Assembly: GCF_000012905.2 (NCBI RefSeq)
Contig: NC_007494.2
Coordinates: 690,001 to 722,000, forward strand
DNA length: 32,000 nucleotides
Source of the DNA: Cereibacter sphaeroides 2.4.1
Lineage (GTDB): Bacteria > Pseudomonadota > Alphaproteobacteria > Rhodobacterales > Rhodobacteraceae
Direction of reading: 5' to 3'
Shown: positions 1 to 9,062 of the stretch, one piece after another
How positions within the stretch are numbered: position 1 is the stretch's first letter
Layout: each line of letters opens with the position of its first letter
Translations under genes and position numbers: made by a program
The notes under the pieces: generated by a model
What the model was told of the DNA's origin: nothing
The model's input: only the letters and a program-made list of their open reading frames with translations
The model's database searches: none

Positions 1-121
1 CGGCCACGATCCCGATCAGGGCGGCGAGGGCAGGCAGGGCCAGCCACCAGAGGCCGAAGGGCGCCTGCCCCGAGGCCAGAGCCACGCCCGCTCCGAAGGC
101 AAGGGCGAGGCGCAGGGCCAT
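1..121 (-). CDS. lnt: apolipoprotein N-acyltransferase, N-terminal fragment (runs off window)
   Basis: The reverse complement starts with ATG (119-121) and reads MALRLALAFGAGVALASGQAPFGLWWLALPALAALIGIVA..., a hydrophobic membrane N-terminus. Its position directly downstream of corC matches the conserved ybeZ-ybeY-corC-lnt order. The fragment is too short for the ORF track, and the call rests mainly on synteny. Confidence 0.5.
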   Translation of the reverse strand, partial: MALRLALAFGAGVALASGQAPFGLWWLALPALAALIGIVA

Positions 122-314
122 GGGGTGGGTTCGAACGAGGGCGATCATGGCGGCTCCGGTGACACCGCCCGTGGGTGCCCCGGCGGACCTGCGCCGTCAA
201 GGGCCGGCCGGTCGAGAGGCTGTGAACGAGGTCCGAACCGGGGAGAGCGGCGGGTGCGCCGGGACGGGTCGGGCCACGGGGGGCTGTCTGCCCCCCGCAC
301 CCCCCGAGGATATT

Positions 315-1262
315 TCAGCCAGAATGAAGGGGCTGTTCGGCCGGCAGCGCGCGCCCCCCCACGGGCGCGGCGACGGCGCCCGGAAGACGGACGCGCAGCC
401 GCTTGATCTTGCGCGCGTCGGCGTCGATCACCTCGAATTCGGCGCCGCTCTCGTGCGGGACGATCTCGCCGCGGACGGGCACGCGGCCGGTGCGCAGGAA
501 GACGAGCCCGCCCAGCGTGTCGATCTCCTCGTCCTCCTCCTCGCGGCGGAGGCGCAGGCCGATCTCGGCCTCGAACTCGTCGAGCGGCGTGCGCGACTGC
601 GCCATGTAGACGCCGGGTTTCTCGAGCGTCCAGAGCGGGCCCTCGACCTCGTCATGCTCGTCCTCGATCTCGCCGATCACGGTTTCGATCAGGTCCTCGA
701 TGGTGACGAGCCCGTCGACCCCGCCATATTCGTCGATGACGAGCGCCATATGCACCCGCTCGCGCTGCATCTTCTGCAGAAGGACGCCGATCGGCATCGA
801 GGGCGGCGCATAAAGGAGCGGCCGCAGCAGCGTCTTCAGATCGAAGCTGCCGTTGCCGTTGAACCCGTGCTGAAGCGCCAGATCCTTGAGCAGCACGAGG
901 CCCAGCGGCTGGTCGAGCGTCTCGCGGTAGACCGGCAGGCGCGAGAATCCGTGCTCGCGGAACACCGCCACCAGATCCTCCTTGCCGATGTCCACCGGCA
1001 CGGCCACGATCTCGACCTTGGGAATCGCCACATCGTCCACCCGGAGGCGGCGCAGGTTGGCAATGCCGGGAAGGGTCAGGCTGCTCTGCGCGATGGCGAA
1101 GGCCCGGTCCTGCGGGGACAGGGCACCGCCTCCGGCCTCGGCGGGCGAGAAGGCGCTGAAAAGGCGGCCGAAAAGGCCTTTCGGTCCAGGCTCCGCCTGG
1201 TCGTCTTCCGTCTGGTCGGGCGCGCTCTGCGCTGCCATAGACCCGTCGCTGCTACTGTCCAT
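315..1262 (-). CDS. corC: CBS-domain Mg/Co efflux / hemolysin-like protein (CorC/TlyC family)
   Basis: The 315-aa ORF contains a CBS pair (VDDVAIPKVEIVAV..., SRLPVY) and a CorC_HlyC C-terminal region (HMALVIDEYGGVDGLVTIEDLIE.VIGEIEDEHD). An AAGGA Shine-Dalgarno sits about 6 nt upstream of the ATG at 1262. It lies downstream of ybeY. Confidence 0.9.
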   Translation of the reverse strand: MDSSSDGSMAAQSAPDQTEDDQAEPGPKGLFGRLFSAFSPAEAGGGALSPQDRAFAIAQSSLTLPGIANLRRLRVDDVAIPKVEIVAVPVDIGKEDLVAVFREHGFSRLPVYRETLDQPLGLVLLKDLALQHGFNGNGSFDLKTLLRPLLYAPPSMPIGVLLQKMQRERVHMALVIDEYGGVDGLVTIEDLIETVIGEIEDEHDEVEGPLWTLEKPGVYMAQSRTPLDEFEAEIGLRLRREEEDEEIDTLGGLVFLRTGRVPVRGEIVPHESGAEFEVIDADARKIKRLRVRLPGAVAAPVGGRALPAEQPLHSG

Positions 1263-1301
1263 CTGTCCTTTCCGAATGGCCGCGCCAGATCCGGCGCCGG
1301 A

Positions 1302-1805
1302 TCAATATGGGTCGGGCACCCCCAGCCCCGCAAGTATCCTTGTCTCGGTCGCCTCCATCAGGTCGCCGTCCGCCTCCTCGACATGGTCGTAGCCGAGAAG
1401 ATGCAGCACCCCATGCACCAGAAGATGGGTGACATGATCCGTCACGGGCTTGCCCTGCTCGGCCGCCTCGCGCTGGCAGGTCTCGAAGGCGATGGCTACG
1501 TCGCCGAGCGGCTCGGGATCCTCGGGATCGCCGGGTTCGGGCGGCTCGGGCGCCATGCCCGGCTCTTCGGAGGCGCGCTCTTCCGACGGCCAGGAGAGCA
1601 CGTTCGTGGGCTTGCCCTTCTGGCGGAAGGCGCCGTTCAGCTCGGCGATGCGCGCATCGTCGCAGCCCATTACGACGAGGGTGAAGCCCTCCGCCGGCAT
1701 GTCCAGCGCCGCGAGGGTGGCCTCGGCCGCACGGGTCGCGAGCGCGGGGAGGTCAAGCTCCTCCCAGCGCCCGTCTTCGATCACTGTCTCAACCAGAGGC
1801 TCCAT
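1302..1805 (-). CDS. ybeY: rRNA maturation endoribonuclease YbeY
   Basis: The Zn-binding motif HLLVHGVLHLLGYDH is present. I chose the internal ATG (MEPLVETVIEDGRWE...) because the track start at 1859 would overlap phoH by 70 nt. An alternative ATG lies at 1817. Confidence 0.85.
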   Translation of the reverse strand: MEPLVETVIEDGRWEELDLPALATRAAEATLAALDMPAEGFTLVVMGCDDARIAELNGAFRQKGKPTNVLSWPSEERASEEPGMAPEPPEPGDPEDPEPLGDVAIAFETCQREAAEQGKPVTDHVTHLLVHGVLHLLGYDHVEEADGDLMEATETRILAGLGVPDPY

Positions 1806-2829
1806 CTTCGGCCTCATACGCCTCGATGATGCGGGCCACAAGCGGGTGGCGCACCACATCCTTGGCCGTGAAGTAGTTGAACGAGACCCCGCGCACCGAC
1901 TTCAGCACCCGCTCGGCATCGGCGAGCCCCGAGGCGGTGCCCCGCGGCAGGTCGATCTGCGTGCGGTCGCCGGTGACGACCATGCGGCTGCCCTCGCCCA
2001 GACGCGTGAGGAACATCTTCATCTGCATGGTGGTCGCGTTCTGCGCCTCGTCGAGCACGACGAAGGCGTTCGAGAGGGTGCGCCCGCGCATGAAGGCGAG
2101 CGGCGCGATCTCGATCCGCTTCTCCTCCATCAGCTTCATGAGCTGCTTCTGCGGCAGGAAATCGTTCAGCGCATCGTAGAGCGGCTGCATGTAGGGGTCG
2201 ATCTTCTCCTTCATGTCGCCGGGCAGGAACCCCAGCCGCTCGCCCGCCTCGACCGCGGGACGCGAGAGGATGATCCGGTCGACCACGCCGCCGATCAGCA
2301 TGGTCACGCCCACGGCGACGGCAAGATAGGTCTTGCCGGTGCCCGCCGGGCCGATGCCGAAGGCCAGTTCGTGATCGAAGAGATTGGCGACATAGGCCTT
2401 CTGCGCCTCGGTGCGCGGCTCGACCGGCTTCTTCCGGGTGCGGATCTCGTATTTTCCCGGGGTGAAAAGTTCGATCTGCTCGCCCTGTGCCGCGTCGAGC
2501 ACCGGGCGACCCAGCCGGATCGCCCCGTCGATGTCGCCCGCGACAAGACCGCGGCCCGCCTCGAGCCGGGAATAGAGGCCTCGGAGCACCGATGACGCCT
2601 GATCCCGCGCTTCCCTGTCGCCGATCACCGCCAGCCGGTTGCCCCGGCGCAGGATATGCACGCCCATCTGATGTTCGATCTGCGCCAGGTTGCGGTCATA
2701 CTCGCCGCAGAGATCGATCAGGAGACGATTGTCAGGGAATTCGAGAAGCGTTTCCACGACATCCTCGGAACGGGTCGGGGGGGTCAGCGCGCTGATGCCC
2801 AAAGACAACTCCTTGTGCTGGAGGGCCAT
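1789..2829 (-). CDS. ybeZ: PhoH-like ATPase (YbeZ)
   Basis: The 346-aa ORF has Walker A GPAGTGKTYLAVA, a Walker B-like VVLDEAQN and the PhoH signature GDRTQIDLP. It sits upstream of ybeY, as in the conserved operon. Confidence 0.92.
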   Translation of the reverse strand: MALQHKELSLGISALTPPTRSEDVVETLLEFPDNRLLIDLCGEYDRNLAQIEHQMGVHILRRGNRLAVIGDREARDQASSVLRGLYSRLEAGRGLVAGDIDGAIRLGRPVLDAAQGEQIELFTPGKYEIRTRKKPVEPRTEAQKAYVANLFDHELAFGIGPAGTGKTYLAVAVGVTMLIGGVVDRIILSRPAVEAGERLGFLPGDMKEKIDPYMQPLYDALNDFLPQKQLMKLMEEKRIEIAPLAFMRGRTLSNAFVVLDEAQNATTMQMKMFLTRLGEGSRMVVTGDRTQIDLPRGTASGLADAERVLKSVRGVSFNYFTAKDVVRHPLVARIIEAYEAEDGASG

Positions 2830-2971
2830 GTATCAAGAGTGGGGTCGCGATGGCCCCAAGGCAAGAAAATAGGTGACGAAACCACAATTTCTTGTGACGC
2901 TGCACGGAAAGGACGCAAGAGAAGAGCGCGGTTGTGAATGCCGCCGCGCCCCTCTCCGGCCGATGCCGGGA

Positions 2972-4282
2972 TCAGGCGCCCAGACGCTCTCCGGCGAGCG
3001 AGTTCGGCGCGCTTGCGGTGATGCGCACGCGCACCAGATCGCCCACTTGCCCCGCCTTGTCCTCGACATGGACGGCGTGGAGATGGTCGGACTTGCCGAC
3101 CATCTGTCCGGGCAGGCGCCCGGCCTTCTCGTAGAGCACGCCCACCTCGCGCCCGACCATCGCCATCTGTGCCGCCCGCTGCTGCTCGGTCACCAGCGCC
3201 TGCAGCCGCTGAAGCCGCGCGTCGCAGACCTCGGCCGGCAGTTCGGGCTTCTCGGCGGCGGGCGTGCCGGGGCGCGCGGAATATTTGAACGAGAAAGCCG
3301 AGCCGAAGCCCACCGCCCGGATCAGATCGAGCGTCGCCTCGAAATCGGCTTCGGTCTCGCCGGGGAAGCCCACGATGAAGTCCGAGGTCAGCAGGATGTC
3401 GGGGCGCGCGGCGCGGATCCGCTCGATCAGCCGCAGATAATGTTCGGCCGTGTGCTTGCGGTTCATGGCCTTCAGGATCCGGTCCGACCCCGACTGCACC
3501 GGCAGATGCAGATAGGGCATGAGCTTGGGCTCGGCCCCGTGGGCCTCGATCAGATCGTCGGCCATGTCGTTGGGATGCGAGGTCGTGTAGCGCAGCCGCT
3601 CGAGCCCGTCGATGCGGGCCAGCTCGCGGATGAGCCCGCCGAGCCCGCGGCCGTCGTTCGACCAGGCATTCACGTTCTGCCCCAGAAGCGTGATCTCGCG
3701 GACGCCCCGCTCCACCAGCCCGCGGGCCTCGGCCATCAGCCGCGCGAAGGGCCGGCTCACCTCGGCGCCACGGGTGTAGGGCACGACGCAGAAGGCGCAG
3801 AACTTGTCGCAGCCCTCCTGCACGGTCAGGAAGGCCGCCGGGCCGCGGGTGGCCTTGCGCTCGGGCAGATGGTCGAACTTGTCCTCTTCGGGAAAGTCCG
3901 TGTCCACCACGCGGGCGCCCCCTTCGGTGCGCTCCAGCATGTCGGGCAGGCGGTGATAGCTCTGCGGACCCACCACCAGATCCACGAGCGGCATCCGCTT
4001 GAGGATCTCCTCGCCCTCGGCCTGCGCCACGCAGCCCGCCACGCCGATCTTCAGGTCGGGCTTGGCGGTCTTCAGCGGCCGGAGGCGGCCCAGATCCGAA
4101 TAGACCTTCTCCGCCGCCTTCTCGCGGATGTGGCAGGTGTTCAGGAGCACCATGTCGGCCTCTTCGGCGACCTCGGTCAGCACATAGCCCTTGGCGCCGA
4201 GCGCCTCGGCCATGCGCTCGCTGTCGTAGACATTCATCTGACAGCCGTAGGTCTTGATGAAGAGCTTGCGGGCTTCGGACAT
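2972..4282 (-). CDS. miaB: tRNA-2-methylthio-N6-dimethylallyladenosine synthase
   Basis: The 436-aa ORF has the N-terminal UPF0004 signature [17 protein letters not shown], the radical-SAM cysteine motif [15 protein letters not shown] and a C-terminal TRAM-like region. Confidence 0.95.
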   Translation of the reverse strand: MSEARKLFIKTYGCQMNVYDSERMAEALGAKGYVLTEVAEEADMVLLNTCHIREKAAEKVYSDLGRLRPLKTAKPDLKIGVAGCVAQAEGEEILKRMPLVDLVVGPQSYHRLPDMLERTEGGARVVDTDFPEEDKFDHLPERKATRGPAAFLTVQEGCDKFCAFCVVPYTRGAEVSRPFARLMAEARGLVERGVREITLLGQNVNAWSNDGRGLGGLIRELARIDGLERLRYTTSHPNDMADDLIEAHGAEPKLMPYLHLPVQSGSDRILKAMNRKHTAEHYLRLIERIRAARPDILLTSDFIVGFPGETEADFEATLDLIRAVGFGSAFSFKYSARPGTPAAEKPELPAEVCDARLQRLQALVTEQQRAAQMAMVGREVGVLYEKAGRLPGQMVGKSDHLHAVHVEDKAGQVGDLVRVRITASAPNSLAGERLGA

Positions 4283-4357
4283 TGGCGCGCCCCCTTTCGA
4301 TGAGGGCGGGTCTTAACCGGAAACGGCGGGCACATGCAATCGGCATGGGCTCCGAGC

Positions 4358-4384
4358 CGAGAAACCGGCCTCCCGCAAGGCCGG
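4358..4384 (-). terminator. rho-independent terminator candidate after the esterase gene
   Basis: The minus strand reads CCGGCCTTGCGGGAGGCCGG followed by TTTCTC. This is a 7-bp G/C stem with a 6-nt loop and a short U-tract, about 60 nt after the stop at 4444. Confidence 0.55.
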
Positions 4385-4443
4385 CGGCGTCAGCGCGCCC
4401 GGTGGAAGCGCGGAGAGGCCGCCGCCCGGCGCGCGCGACGAGC

Positions 4444-5079
4444 CTACTGCCGCGCACGCTCGACCAGCGCCTGCACGCGCGGCCCCATTTCCTCCACGAT
4501 CACGGCCACGCCCTCGGCGCTCGGATGGATGCCGTCGGGCTGCATGTAGCGCTGACGCGCGTCGGGCTCGTCCAGCCGTGCGGCAAGGGCGGCGAAGAAG
4601 TTCGGTTCCAGATCCGCGCCGTAGCTTTGGGCCAGACCGGGAAAGATCGCATCGAACGACCGCTTGAAGTCGGGACCATAGTTGCCCGGGGCCGCGAGCC
4701 CGACCAGAAGCACCGGCAGCCCGCGGTCCTCGGCCGTCTTCAGGATCGCCTCGAGGTTCCCGCGCGTCAGCGCCGGATCGAGGCCGCGCAGCATGTCGTT
4801 GCCGCCGAGGTTCACGATCATGGCATCGACCTCGGGCGTCAGGCTCCAGTCGAGCCGCGCGCGGCCGCCCGCCGTCGTGTCGCCCGAGACGCCGGCATTC
4901 ACCAGCGAGACGCTCTCGCCATGGTCCCGCAGCCATTGCTGCATTTGCGGCACGAAGCCCTCGCCCTCGGGCAGGCCGTAGCCCGCCGTCAGGCTGTCGC
5001 CGAGCGCCAGCACCGTGACCTCCTCGGCCGCGGCGGCAGGCATGGCCGAGAAGACGAGGGCCAGCGCCATGTTGCGCAT
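4444..5079 (-). CDS. tesA: SGNH/GDSL arylesterase-lysophospholipase (TesA-like), secreted
   Basis: SGNH block I LALGDSLTAGYG is present, along with block III GGNDMLRG and the C-terminal DGIHPS. The chosen start gives MRNMALALVFSAMPAAAAEE, a signal-peptide-like N-terminus. The track start at 5430 would overlap the divergent ABC gene. Divergent pairing with ybbA/ybbP matches the E. coli tesA-ybbA-ybbP arrangement. Confidence 0.85.
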   Translation of the reverse strand: MRNMALALVFSAMPAAAAEEVTVLALGDSLTAGYGLPEGEGFVPQMQQWLRDHGESVSLVNAGVSGDTTAGGRARLDWSLTPEVDAMIVNLGGNDMLRGLDPALTRGNLEAILKTAEDRGLPVLLVGLAAPGNYGPDFKRSFDAIFPGLAQSYGADLEPNFFAALAARLDEPDARQRYMQPDGIHPSAEGVAVIVEEMGPRVQALVERARQ

Positions 5080-5128
5080 CGCGCCGAGCGCGCCATATCG
5101 GGGTCTGAAGCTGAGAGGGACAAGGTGC

Positions 5129-5818
5129 ATGAGCGAGACGATCCTGGCGCTGAGGGACGCGCGGCTGACGTTGGCGGGAAACGCAGGCCCGGTCGAGATC
5201 CTGAAGGGGATCAGTCTGGACGTGCGGCGCGGCGAGACGCTGGGGCTCGTGGGGCCTTCGGGATCGGGCAAGTCGTCGCTCCTGATGCTGATGGGCGGGC
5301 TGGAGCGCGCCACCGGCGGCACGGTCACGGCGCTGGGCCAGGACCTGACGGCGATGGACGAGGACCAGCTCGCGCGGTTCCGCCGGGGGAATATGGGCGT
5401 CGTCTTCCAGTCTTTCCACCTCATCCCCACGATGACGGCACTTGAAAATGTCGCGATCCCGCTGGAGCTTGCCGGCGCGCCCGACGCCTTCGACCGCGCC
5501 GAGGCCGAGCTGCGCGCCGTGGGGCTCGGGCCCCGGATCGACCATTATCCCTCGCAGATGTCGGGGGGCGAGCAGCAGCGGGTGGCGCTCGCGCGTGCCG
5601 CGGCGCCCCGGCCCGCGATCCTTCTGGCCGACGAGCCGACGGGCAATCTCGACGGGGTGAACGGGGCCGCGATCATGGATCTCCTCTTCGGGCTGCGCGA
5701 CCGGCACGGGGCGACGCTGGTCCTCGTGACCCATGCGCCCGAACTTGCCGCGCGCTGCGACCGGGTGGTGCGGCTCGCCGACGGGCGCATCGCAGGCGAG
5801 GAGCGCAAGGCGGCATGA
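5129..5818 (+). CDS. ybbA: ABC transporter ATP-binding protein (YbbA/LolD-like)
   Basis: The ORF has Walker A GPSGSGKSS, the ABC signature MSGGEQQRVALARA and Walker B ILLADEPTGNLD. The start is set at MSETILALRDARL (ATG 5129). An ATGA overlap joins it to the downstream permease. Confidence 0.9.
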   Translation: MSETILALRDARLTLAGNAGPVEILKGISLDVRRGETLGLVGPSGSGKSSLLMLMGGLERATGGTVTALGQDLTAMDEDQLARFRRGNMGVVFQSFHLIPTMTALENVAIPLELAGAPDAFDRAEAELRAVGLGPRIDHYPSQMSGGEQQRVALARAAAPRPAILLADEPTGNLDGVNGAAIMDLLFGLRDRHGATLVLVTHAPELAARCDRVVRLADGRIAGEERKAA

Positions 5819-8322
5819 GAAACGCGGCACGGATTGCGCGGCGCGAGCTGCGCGGGGGCCTCCGCGGCTTCCGGGTGTTTCTGGCCTGCCTCACGCTCGG
5901 GGTCGCGGCCATTGCGGCGGTGGGCCTCGTGCGGGCGGCCATCGAGGCCGGGCTGACGGATCAGGGCGCGGTGCTGCTCGGCGGCGACGCGCAGATGGAA
6001 TTCACCTACCGCTTCGCCACGCCCGAGGAGAAGGCCTGGATGGAGGCCCGGGCCGAGCGCGTCTCGGAGGTGGTCGAGTTCCGCTCCATGGCCGTGGTGG
6101 GCGAGGACCGGGCGCTCACGCAGGTGAAGGGCGTGGACGGCCTCTATCCGCTCGAGGGCGAGGTCGAGCTCGACCCGCCCTTCCCGCTCGAGGAGGCTCT
6201 GGCCGACCGCGGCCTGCCCGGCGCCGTGATGGATCGGGTGCTGGCCGACCGGCTCGGCCTCTCGGTGGGCGAGAGCTTCCGGCTCGGCACCCGCAATTTC
6301 CGGCTGGGCGCGGTCCTCGTGCGCGAGCCCGACAGCATCACCGGCGGCTTCTCCTTCGGGCCGCGCACGCTGGTGCACAGCTCGGCCCTCACCTCCTCCG
6401 GCCTGCTCGAGCCCGGCACGCTCTACGAGACGGAATACCGGCTCGACCTGCCCGCGGGCACCGATCTCGCCGCAGCGCAGGCCGAGGCAGAGGCCGCCTT
6501 CCGCGACAAGGGGATGCGCTGGTCGGACAGCCGCCGCGCAAGCCCGGGCGTCGAGCGGTTCGTGGACCGGACAGGCTCCTTCCTCGTCCTCGTGGGGCTC
6601 GCCGGTCTCGCCGTGGGCGGCGTCGGCATCTCTGCCGCGGTGCGCGCCTATCTCGAGGGGAAGGTCGCCACCATCGCCACGCTCCGCACGCTCGGGGCCG
6701 AGGGGCGCACGATCTTTCTGGCCTATCTGTTCCAGATCGGCGCGCTGACCGCGCTCGGCGTGGCGGCCGGGCTTCTGCTGGGCGTCCTTCTGCCGCTCGC
6801 GGCCTCGCCCTTCATCGAGGCCTCCCTGCCCTTCCCGGTGACCTTCGGGATCTATCCGGCACCTCTGCTCGAAGCCGCCTTCTACGGCATCCTCACCGCC
6901 TTCATCTTCACGCTCTGGCCGCTCGCCCGCGCCGAGAGCGTCCGCGCCGCCGCGCTCTACCGCGGCACGGGCGAAGGCGGTCGGCCGCGCTGGCCCTGGC
7001 TCGCCGCCATCGGCGGGCTGACGGCGCTCCTCGTGGGCGGCGCCGTGGCCTTTTCCGGCACGGCGCTTCTGGCGCTGGCCTCGGCCGGCGGTATCGTGGG
7101 CGCGCTCCTCATCCTCGCGATGGCCGCGCTCCTTCTGCGAAGGGCAGCCCGCAGCGCGGCCCGCTCCCGCCTCGCCCGCGGCCGGACGGCGCTGCGCCTC
7201 GCGCTGGCCTCCATCGGCGGTCCGCGGCAGGAGGCGACCTCGGTCGTCCTGTCGCTGGGCCTCGGCCTTTCTGTGCTGGCCGCGGTGGGCCAGATCGACG
7301 CCAACCTCCGCTCGGCCATCGAGCGCGACCTGCCGGCGCGCGCGCCCTCCTACTTCTTCGTGGACATCCAGCAGGACCAGATCGAGGGGTTCCTCTCGAC
7401 CCTGCGCGGCGATGCGGCGGTGAGCCGGGTCGAGGCCGCCCCCATGCTGCGCGGCGTCCTCACCCGGATCAACGGCCGCCCGGCCCGCGAAGTGGCGGGC
7501 GAGCATTGGGTGGTGCGCGGCGACCGCGGCATCTCCTATGCCGCGCGCCCCGACGAGACGGCCCGTGTCGTGGCCGGCACCTTCTGGCCCGAGGATTATC
7601 AGGGCCCGCCGCAGGTCTCCTTTGCCGCGGAAGAGGCGGCCGAGATCGGGCTCAAGCTCGGCGACCGGCTCACGGTCAACATCCTCGGCCGCGACATCGA
7701 GGCAGAGATCACCTCGCTGCGCGAGGTGGATTTCTCCTCGGCCGGCATGGGGTTCGTGATGGTCATGAACCCGGCCGCGCTGGCGGGCGCGCCCCACACC
7801 TTCATCGCCACCGTCTATGCCGAGCCCGAGGCCGAGGGCCGCATCCTGCGCGAGCTCGCCACCGCCTATCCCAACATCACCGCCATCCGCGTCAAGGATG
7901 CGATCGAGCGGGTGAGCGAGGCGCTCTCGGCCATTGCGACCGCCACCGCCTGGGCCGCGGCCGCCACGCTGGTCACGGGGTTCGTCGTGCTGATCGGCGC
8001 GGCGGCGGCGGGCGAGCGCGGACGGATCTACGAGGCCGCGGTGCTCAAGACGCTGGGCGCCACCCGCGCCCGGATCCTCGCGAGCTTCGCTCTCCGATCC
8101 GGCCTCCTCGGCGGCGCGGCCGGCCTCGTCGCGATCCTCGCGGGGGGGCTTGCCGGCTGGGCGGTCATGACCTTCGTGATGGACGCGAGCTACCGGTTCG
8201 AGCCGGTCTCGGCTCTGGCGATCGTGGTCGGAGGCGTGCTTGCCACGCTTCTCGCGGGGCTTCTCTTCGCGCTGCGTCCGCTCCGGTCGCGGCCTGCGCA
8301 AGTTCTTCGCGCACAGGAGTAG
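5815..8322 (+). CDS. ybbP: ABC transporter permease, duplicated FtsX-type (YbbP-like)
   Basis: The 835-aa ORF has two hydrophobic four-helix blocks separated by large soluble loops, typical of YbbP/MacB-type FtsX permeases. It is translationally coupled to ybbA. Confidence 0.85.
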   Translation: MRNAARIARRELRGGLRGFRVFLACLTLGVAAIAAVGLVRAAIEAGLTDQGAVLLGGDAQMEFTYRFATPEEKAWMEARAERVSEVVEFRSMAVVGEDRALTQVKGVDGLYPLEGEVELDPPFPLEEALADRGLPGAVMDRVLADRLGLSVGESFRLGTRNFRLGAVLVREPDSITGGFSFGPRTLVHSSALTSSGLLEPGTLYETEYRLDLPAGTDLAAAQAEAEAAFRDKGMRWSDSRRASPGVERFVDRTGSFLVLVGLAGLAVGGVGISAAVRAYLEGKVATIATLRTLGAEGRTIFLAYLFQIGALTALGVAAGLLLGVLLPLAASPFIEASLPFPVTFGIYPAPLLEAAFYGILTAFIFTLWPLARAESVRAAALYRGTGEGGRPRWPWLAAIGGLTALLVGGAVAFSGTALLALASAGGIVGALLILAMAALLLRRAARSAARSRLARGRTALRLALASIGGPRQEATSVVLSLGLGLSVLAAVGQIDANLRSAIERDLPARAPSYFFVDIQQDQIEGFLSTLRGDAAVSRVEAAPMLRGVLTRINGRPAREVAGEHWVVRGDRGISYAARPDETARVVAGTFWPEDYQGPPQVSFAAEEAAEIGLKLGDRLTVNILGRDIEAEITSLREVDFSSAGMGFVMVMNPAALAGAPHTFIATVYAEPEAEGRILRELATAYPNITAIRVKDAIERVSEALSAIATATAWAAAATLVTGFVVLIGAAAAGERGRIYEAAVLKTLGATRARILASFALRSGLLGGAAGLVAILAGGLAGWAVMTFVMDASYRFEPVSALAIVVGGVLATLLAGLLFALRPLRSRPAQVLRAQE

Positions 8323-8386
8323 GATGGCGGGAACCTTGCCACTCCCCCGTGCGTTAGCCTGTGTTTCCTTTGGGGGAACGGGGGTA

Positions 8387-8740
8387 ATGGTCAAGATGAA
8401 AGACAAGACTGTGGATCTGACGCCGCCGCCGGAGGTCGCCTCGACCGCCGAGAAGGGGCTGGAGTTGCGGCGAAAATACAAGCGCGGCGGCACCAACGTG
8501 GGCGTCGCCCGCGCGCGCGACCTGAAGGGACGCAAGTCGCTCTCGCCGCAGACCATCAAGCGGATGGTGAACTTCTTCGACCGACAGGAAGTGCACAAGC
8601 AGGACGAGAACTTCGGCAACGAGGACGATCCCTCGCCCGAATATGTCGGCTGGCTTCTCTGGGGCGGCGATCCGGGCCGGGAATGGGCCGAGCGGAAGAA
8701 GGCCGAGCTGGTGGATTCCGCCACGAAGCCCAAGAACTGA
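8387..8740 (+). CDS. conserved-looking hypothetical protein, 117 aa
   Basis: ATG 8387 follows a G-rich SD (GGGGGAACGGGGG). The product MVKMKDKTVDLTPPPEVA...RGGTNVGVARARDL...LSPQTIKRMVNFFDRQ...WLLWGGDPGREWAERK is charged and non-repetitive, unlike the shadow ORFs. I cannot assign a family with confidence. Confidence 0.6.
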   Translation: MVKMKDKTVDLTPPPEVASTAEKGLELRRKYKRGGTNVGVARARDLKGRKSLSPQTIKRMVNFFDRQEVHKQDENFGNEDDPSPEYVGWLLWGGDPGREWAERKKAELVDSATKPKN

Positions 8741-8784
8741 GCGCGCCGGCTGCCGCTCCTGCGAGGGCCAGCCGCGGACCGGGC

Positions 8785-8818
8785 GAGGCCTCGGTCGGGA
8801 TCCTGACCTCGCCTCTTT
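8785..8818 (+). terminator. weak terminator-like hairpin after the 117-aa gene
   Basis: GAGGCctcGGTCgggatcctGACCtcGCCTC is followed by TTT. The stem is imperfect and the T-tract is short. Confidence 0.3.
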
Positions 8819-9062
8819 CCCGAAGGTGAGTGAGCGGCCGAAGTTGACGGCTGTCAACCGCATGTCCTTTGCGATCAAGGTCGGGCGGGGGAGCGAAACC
8901 TCTCGGCAGCCCCGTTTCCGGCGCTGAACGCCCCGGCTGAGCGCGCACGGTGCGACCAGCACATCTTACCGCGTAGGAAAGAGACCACGCCTGCGACGCT
9001 GCCGTCCCGTCGCGAGTGGCAGGGCTGCTGGCAAAGGGGCGCGGGGCGGGCTAGGAAGGCGC

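Noticed and set aside
120-1829. 569-aa plus-strand ORF spanning the corC/ybeY region
   Set aside because: It is antisense to two genes with clear family motifs. The product is Arg/Gly/Ala/Pro/Leu-rich with no motif, which is a typical high-GC shadow ORF.
2784-5830. Long ORFs 2784-4457 (minus), 2873-4303 (plus), 4282-5445 (plus) and 4313-5830 (minus)
   Set aside because: They overlap miaB, the SGNH esterase and the ABC ATPase in other frames or strands. Their products are low-complexity Arg/Gly/Pro/Ala strings, whereas the chosen genes have diagnostic motifs.
5545-8733. 1062-aa minus ORF and 874-aa plus ORF (5733-8357) over the permease gene
   Set aside because: The in-frame 5815-8322 product has the membrane-protein hydrophobicity pattern of FtsX permeases and is coupled to the ATPase. 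The alternatives are Arg/Gly/Glu-rich shadows.
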